64,000 nucleotides of DNA from the human T2T-CHM13v2.0 reference genome, Homo sapiens, in NCBI RefSeq assembly GCF_009914755.1, contig NC_060945.1; one strand, 5' to 3'. The first letter of the stretch is position 1; each line of letters begins with the position of its first letter. Below, in pieces: positions 56,367 to 64,000 of the stretch. The notes below the pieces were generated by a model. It was given only the letters and a program-made list of their open reading frames with translations. It did not search any database and had not been told where the DNA came from. Both the position numbers and the translations under genes were made by a program.

Positions 56367-56507
56367 ATGTCAATGAGTGTTTCTATGAGGAGCTCAATGC
56401 CTGCTCTGGAAGGGAACTGTGCGCAAACCTGGAGGGCTCGTACTGGTGCGTCTGTCACCAGGAAGCTCCAGCCACGTCTCCACGGAAGCTGAACCTGGAG
56501 TGGGAAG
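56367..56507 (+). CDS. UMODL1: UMODL1 coding exon 6 (calcium-binding EGF-like domain, aa 264-311)
   Basis: acceptor ctccttccctgtag|AT, donor GAAG|GTAATG, 141 nt, phase 1-1; DVNEC...C...CANLEGSYWCVC cbEGF signature. Confidence 0.95.
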
Positions 56508-56548
56508 GTAATGGCTAGGCTCTCTCAGATGGCATGGGAATGGCTTAA

Positions 56549-57055
56549 TTCCTGTTTGCCCCGGGAATACTCACCAGCAGTGCTTACAGCTGCAGCATTC
56601 ACCCCGAGATAACTCTGCCATGAAATATCTTGCTTTTATTATTATTTTCGCATCACTGTGGTATATTGACTTTGGAAACAGAGGACACAATTCTACTTAT
56701 AGCATTCTGCTTTTAGTAGTGGTATTTCCATTTACAAAATATAGTGATTCTCAATCACTGAAAATGTCAAATCCTAGAAAACAGCAGTCCCACGTGTGTT
56801 GTTAACATTGTTCTCGAACAAGTTGTTGGCCGACGATTCATTTGCTGAACCTGTTTTTCTGAAATAGATGATTCTGATGATTCAGACAGTTCTGATGTTA
56901 GTTCTGTTTAGAAGTAATTCCAAGAACAGTTTTTATATTTTGTTTTCATATTGAAAATCAGTTAGATTTGCTTCAGCCCCAAAGAGCTTGTTTATGTAAA
57001 ATTAAATGAGTGCCGGCAGTGAGCTGCCGTTTTTTTCTTCGAAACGGGAAAAGGG
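56549..57055 (+). mobile_element. MER75 piggyBac-derived MITE, near full length
   Basis: TTAA at 56545-48; terminal aaacgggaaaaggg followed by TGAA (decayed TTAA); internal sequence matches MER75 as I recall it. Confidence 0.85.
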
Positions 57056-57214
57056 TGAAGGCATTTTTTAAAGGCTGGATGGTCTTCAGACCACAGGGAC
57101 TCTTCTTGCCAAGAGGGAATGGCTGGCTAACCGGCACGGAATACACTTAGTTCTTTCAGCCATTATTGATCTCCTAGTGGGCCACCCTCGCATCTTCTTT
57201 GGCTTAGGAAATGT

Positions 57215-58100
57215 TGATTTAGGTGCTATTCACTGTGCTAGGTGCTGGTAATGGAAGCATGCAGAAGCAGGTCCTAATCTCTGCCTGTCTAGTGGATTGT
57301 GGAAATGGAGACATTTTGGCGCATGAAAGGGCAGGACTGATGTCTGCACTGGAACCACGAGGATAAGCTGGGACCATCCCTAGCATCGCGGGATCAGCCT
57401 GGAGAGCAGAAGAGCGGACTGGGTGTTGGGGGAAGCATGTAGATAAACGTGCCCAGGTCTGTCCCTGTTGGGAGTGGGGAGGGATGTACCAGCCAGGACT
57501 GGCACACGGGATTGGCTCTGCCATCAAGCAGCTTGGAAGAAGAAGTAACTGTGTAATCTGAAATGTAGGAAGGTGCTATAAAGACGATACTCTGAGTGCA
57601 GGAGTCTAGGGTGTGGAAGGTGGTGGAGAAAGGGATTCCGGCAACATTTTAGAGATAGAACCTCTGGAACTTATTGATTAATTCAGTGAAGAAGAGGAAA
57701 AAGGAAAGAAGACGGAATCCAGATGTCTTGACTGAACAGTGGAGTAGAAGGTGTTTCCATTGGAGAGGATGGGGAAGACCCGAGCTGTTGTTATTATTGT
57801 CAATAATAGTTATAGCTGAGATGGAGTGAGTGGCGGTGCCAGGATGCTGATTGAGTTGGACGCGTGGTGCTGGAGCACAGAGGCGGGGCTGGGCTGCATA
57901 CGTGAGTCCAGGGTCACCTCCAGGTGACACTTAAACCATGGTATGGCTGAGAGAAGGGAAGAGGCCTGGGGCCTGTGGCCAGAGAACCCCAACAGTGCCA
58001 GGTCAGTGCAGGAGGAGAGGCTGCAGATGACCTGGGTAAGGCAGGAAAACAGCTGGAAGGGCGTGCGCAGCAAGGTCAGCAGGGAAGGCTCAGCAAGCCC
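57215..58100 (-). mobile_element. L2 fragments
   Basis: actgtgctaggtgctgg..., gaacagtggagtagaaggtgtttccattggagaggatggggaagac. Confidence 0.6.
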
Positions 58101-58799
58101 CAAGCGAGCAAGCGGTAAGCTGGCCGGCAAGCAGGGAGGGTACACGCATGGGTAACAGCAGGGCAGGAAAGTGCCTGTGGGAACTACGGGGATCCGGTGC
58201 AGACTTCAGGAGAGCAGAAGGGAAGCAGCCAGCAGCCCGGGTTAGGAAGACAGCTGGAGGAGAGAAAGAAGCGAGAATAGCCGAGAATCCTGCAGGGAAG
58301 CTTGACTATGAACAGGCTGAGGGAAGGAAAGCCTGATGTGGAGGAGGCTGTGGACTCCCAGGGGGTCTCTCAAAAGACAGGCGAAGCTGATCCCGGCTCT
58401 TTCTATTCCCTGTTCCTTTCCAGGTTTTGACCTTATTGAACGCAGGGTTGAGGGTTTTTTTGTTTTTTTTTTTTAAACCTTATTTAAATCCTGCTACATG
58501 TGTAATTTTATAAGCTGCTTTCTTCAGTTCCTATAATGTGTATAAAGTTTCCAAGAAGAAGCCTGGTTTTCACCATGATAATTATTGGTGGTTGAAAACT
58601 AGTGGCTTTCTAAAGCAATCATATAATATTCTTTCCCCTCACGGGAGCACTTCTGTTGCTTTCAAGAGTCTGGAACTGTAACCTTGTGACAGGGGTTACA
58701 GGGAATCTCTTTATATCCAATTTGAATTCGTTAATCATTTAATTTGCATGTTCTTTTTCCTTAAAAGGGACTCAACATTGAGGACCGTCCCTTTGTTCA

Positions 58800-59030
58800 C
58801 AATAACACCACAGCTGGCAGTTGCCCGCACTTCACGCGCTCTGGGCTCTGCTCTGAGCACTCTGTGGGTATTGCTTCGTTTAAATTCTTAGACTAACCCC
58901 AAGAGGCAACTACTCTCCTTAAGCTCATTTTTTTTTCAGAAGAGGAAATTGAGGGGGACGAAGGTGATTTTCTTGCATAAGATCCCAAGGCTGGTCCTCT
59001 GAAGACGCACATGAACCAGCTGTGTCCCAA
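58800..59030 (-). mobile_element. MIR
   Basis: ctcattttt...cagaagaggaaattgagg. Confidence 0.6.
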
Positions 59031-59256
59031 GGCTGTCTTCCCTAGGAGCCCTCTGGCGGGGACCTGCCTGAGAGTGTGATGGGCTCTCCCCCGCCCTCGG
59101 GGGCTGCCTTTTGTCCCAGTGCACTCAGGAAAACCGCCATGCCCTTTCCAACCTTCATGAGTGCTTAGGACCAAGAGTTGGGTAGAGCTCCAGAAGAGTT
59201 GAATTATTTTATTTGGCGTTCTAGAACCCAACTAGGAAAAGGAGTCTAAGGTTCTG

Positions 59257-59590
59257 GTTTATTTATTTATTTAATTAATTTTATTTTTTGTTTTTTTATA
59301 GAGACAGGGTCTTACTCTGTCACCCAGGCTGGAGTGCAGTGGCGTGATCGCCGGTCACTGCAGCCTCCAGCTCCCAGGCTCCAATCTCAGCCTCTGGAGT
59401 AGCTGGGACCACAGGCATGCACCACCACAGCCATGCGCCACCACAGCTGGCTCATTTTTAAATTTTTTTGTAGAGACGAGGTCTCACTGAGTAGCCCAGG
59501 CTGTTCTCAAGCTCCCAGCCTCAAGAGATCCTTCCTCCTTGGCCTCACAAAGCGCTGGGATTGCAGGCAGGAGACCCCGTGTTCAGCCTA
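59257..59590 (-). mobile_element. AluJ
   Basis: antisense Alu consensus. Confidence 0.9.
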
Positions 59591-60914
59591 AGGTTCTGAT
59601 TGGCTCTTCTCGTTGTCCTGTGGGCGAGGGGTTGGGGGAGTGGACCAGTTCCCAGAGCCAGCTGTGGATGTGGCGGGCTCCAGGGTCAGATCTTCCCCCC
59701 ATCACCAGGAACGTTCCCCTCCTATCAGAATGAGGCTGTGTGGGGAGAGCGGACTTGCCCTCCACCCACTGGCAGATGAATCCCTGGTGCCCCGCAAAGA
59801 GCAGGCACTCCACAAACGTTTCCTGGATCAATCACGGAAAGAGAGGTTTTCACAGTGGTCATCCCCGGGGTCTCCAGGTATTAAAAATTTCCAGCCCAGC
59901 TCTGCCAGCAAAACACTGAGAACACTCCTGTACCCCGCAGCACGTGGCCTTGAGATCCACTTAGAACTTCGCGCCACGTCCACATCCCACGGCACCCCAC
60001 TAAGCTCTGCAGAGAACTGTCTATAGATTCCTGCTCTGTGGCTTCCAGGGTGAGAATCCTGTCCCTTTCGTGAGCACAGAAGGTTGGAAAACAGGTATTT
60101 TCCAAATAGTTATTTTTACCCTGGTCAGTCATCCGGAAAAATATTAGATTCTATTTACGGTTAGGTTTGTTGGCAGTCACACTCTGCCGTGTTGCTTGGC
60201 ACAGTGAACTGCCAGATTGCGTCAGGATACAGGGCCGCTCGAGCGACCGCCAAACACAAAGAGGGGAGGCTGCGCGGCCCCAGCTTCACTTCTAATAGGG
60301 CAGGACACACTAATCCAGTGTTTCCAGATCAGCAGTTTAGAGTGAATTCCAATTGCATATTGCTAAGGGAAACAGCATCCCCGGCACCTTCCCTGCTGAA
60401 CCAGAGATGAGTCACGGCTGCCCGGGAAGAAACAAGGGCCAGACTGTCAGACGTGGAGAACCCAGGGTGCTTTACCCAGATAGAGGCAAAGTTCTGAACT
60501 TGTGTTCCTAGCTGTGGTTGGGGAGGGCTGTGGAGCAAGGGCTCTGGGGCCTGAAGTTTAGATTATCCGCATTGCCGTGGCCTTGGGTCATACAAACCCA
60601 GAGTCAAGAGCATCATTTTCTAGGGCCACATTTAAGGGGGACACTGAAAAGGGTCCCCATTTAAGGGTAACCAAAGGAGGGTGTCCTGGCTAATGAAAAA
60701 CCAAAAACCAAGTTATAGGGGCCTACCCTGGAAGAGAGGAGTCGGGGGTAGAAGGAAGATTTCCAGTTTTAAAATACCCCAAGGTCTGTCCAACGAAAGA
60801 GAGATTGGCCTTAGCACGTTAGAAGTTGGTTGGTTGGTTTTACAACACAAAGAAAACTCTCCAAGCTGTGCTGTCCAGCCACGGGAACAGCTGCCGTGAA
60901 ATTTCGTAGATATG

Positions 60915-61763
<849 letters not shown>

Positions 61764-61789
61764 GGTGATAGGAAAGCTTAGTAGTAAGG

Positions 61790-61970
61790 CAAGTGAACTT
61801 TGCTATTTCCTATTGTTCAGCTTTGCCATTTACTACCTACTTGACCTTTCTAGGCCTCAGTTTTGTCCTCTGTAAAATGGGGATCCTAGAAGAACTTATT
61901 ACCTGGGATTGCTGTAAGGACTAAATAGGATAACATGGCTGGTGCACACAGTACCCAGGAAACATTACCT
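61790..61970 (+). mobile_element. MIR
   Basis: ggcctcagttttgtcctctgtaaaatgggga. Confidence 0.65.
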
Positions 61971-62194
61971 GTAACCATGTCGCTGATAGCTTGGCTGGTT
62001 TGTGACATGGATGTCATGGGAGGGAGTACTGCAGGGGGCTCACACCAGGGAGTTAATTTATAGCTCCCTGCAAGTTCCTACCGCTGCTATAATGCATGCT
62101 GCGTTAGCTTGGACACTGTGGACCTTAACTCATCATTGTTCCCTCAGTGTTTATGGTGATGCTGGGTGCATAGTAGAAGCTCAATTAAAAAAAA

Positions 62195-62264
62195 TTGAGC
62201 CATAAGAAATTGGTGCCCTTATTGGTCAAACATGGTCAAATATGGACAATTCCAAATGCTTCAA
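62195..62264. mobile_element. MADE2-like mariner MITE remnant
   Basis: imperfect palindrome ttgagccataagaaattg...caattccaaatgcttcaa. Confidence 0.55.
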
Positions 62265-64000
62265 GGTAACACACTGGAGAAAGGGCCACACAGATATTGG
62301 ATGGGAACATTGTCCTCAGGGATAATGCATTTCTTTGGATTAGATGAGATTCTTTTACCCCAAATGCTTGCAATCTCTCTTAGTTGCAAAAGTCACTGAC
62401 GGCAGCTTCTGCAGATGCCTCGGAGGGCTTCACAGCATTTGAAATGCCAGGTTTGCAGGTCCCCCATCCAGTGATCCAAAAACCCCCTGGCATCTTAATT
62501 TAAAGAGTAAATATACTTATTAAAAGAGGTAAAGCATGCATTGCCAGCCCCGTACCCTTTGAGACTTCTTTCCAAACACCATTCCTCTGCGTTCTTTTCA
62601 AATAAGTACGGGTGCCCTTTTAATTTTAACTCTGCTCCGTTCAGAAGCACTCCTTATAGAATGCGTTTTTAAATGGCCTGTAATCTGGGTGGGCCATCTG
62701 TTGTCCCACCCATGTGCTCTCTCGCTCTGCGTCAAGTTTGATATCTGAATGGCAACAAGGAGGCAAGGTTGGAGCCCTGGGTGTGGGCTGGGGGGCTGCT
62801 GTTATAGCTGCTGCGCCTGCTCGTGGCCGCCCCACTTTCCTGTTTGCAGGGCGTTTTGCTGTCACACCATCCTCCACCAACGTGGATTAAAAAAATGCTT
62901 GGGGCTGTGTCCTGACTGTACAAAAATAGAACAGTCAGTGCTTTTAGCAGACTTTTTGGAAAAGAAATTGTAGCCCGCCCTTCCTTTTTCAGTGAGACAT
63001 ATGTTCCCAAGGAACAGACTTTAAGAAGCCGGGTGGTTGTTAGAAGGCCAGGCAGTGAGTGGGGGGTCTTTTTGATTCCAGGGTTCTGGTGACCCTGGAG
63101 ACGGGGGTGCCACCCACAATCTCAGGTCCCAAGCTTTGGGCCACCCTCAGTTGAAGCATTTCTGCTTTTCTTGCCACTAAAGAAAATATCATAAAGAATG
63201 AATCCATGTCTGTTTCCCTGACCAGTATGCCGAAAATCACTGGACAATCCTGTAAAAAGTATAGATGTGTCTTTTAAAAAACTACATTCTACCCCACATC
63301 CTAGAAGTGTTATTAGGACACATCAGAATTTGGATGGATGTCACTGATCCTGTCTGAGTGAAGCCTGTCCAGATTCCAGTAACAGATGCTCATCTGCTGG
63401 GAGGTGGAGCGGCAGGTTCTCAGTGAGGGAGCTCACCTACACAGGGACCAAGATTCAAAGGAGGCAGCTCAGTCTCAGGTTGGAAGGAGGAGACAGCAGG
63501 GCTATGTCGCGTGGTGGTGACTGGGCACTAAATTGGATTCTGAGCCTCTCAGCAGCCAAGGCGCAAAGGGAAATGAGTTGGACAGTGTTGGGTTTTTTTT
63601 GTTTTTGTTTTTGTTATTGAGAGAAAGCAGGCACATATGTCTAAAAGCAGAATTCTTTTCATGATACTAGAAAGCATATATCCTACCAGTCCTTACAGAA
63701 AAGGCTTTGGGAAGCCACACATTATAAAATTATTATTTTCTTTACCATGGTTTTGCAAAATATATTTTTAAAAGTTCTTTGTTGCTTATTTTTATAGAGC
63801 TTAAATTCTGATGTGAAAATTTTGGTGCGTAGACTGGGGGCCGTCTACTTTTTATATAATTCTTACTGCCCAGACACTTGCTGTACAGCCAGAATGTTTT
63901 TAACCAAAAAAGAGCTTCGATGCTATTTGAGCACTAGAATATATATAGGTTGGTACATCAGAGCTTTGCTCTCTGAGGCATGGATTTCAATAGGAAAGCA

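Overview
Primate, almost certainly human, genomic DNA from chromosome 21q22.3. About 37 kb of repeat-rich upstream sequence is followed by the 5' part of UMODL1 (uromodulin-like 1/olfactorin) on the + strand. Six coding exons with canonical GT-AG sites splice into one frame (aa 1-310 plus a split codon): signal peptide, EMI, WAP, an unlabelled 100-aa module and a cbEGF-like domain. The gene continues beyond the window. Most other ORFs in the track are Alu, L1, LTR or simple-repeat artefacts. The most interesting unexplained signal is a candidate decayed three-exon gene on the minus strand, head-to-head with UMODL1, which would encode a small, possibly secreted EF-hand-like protein. Other leads: a ~340-bp inverted duplication flanking a probable LTR-derived alternative first exon; cysteine losses in the WAP and EGF modules; a cryptic SEA-like module; a (TG)30-containing cryptic exon ending at an LTR6-derived donor; an E-box/GC-box VNTR; and a permuted Alu insertion with repair signatures. 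Repeat boundaries and subfamily names were judged by eye and are approximate.
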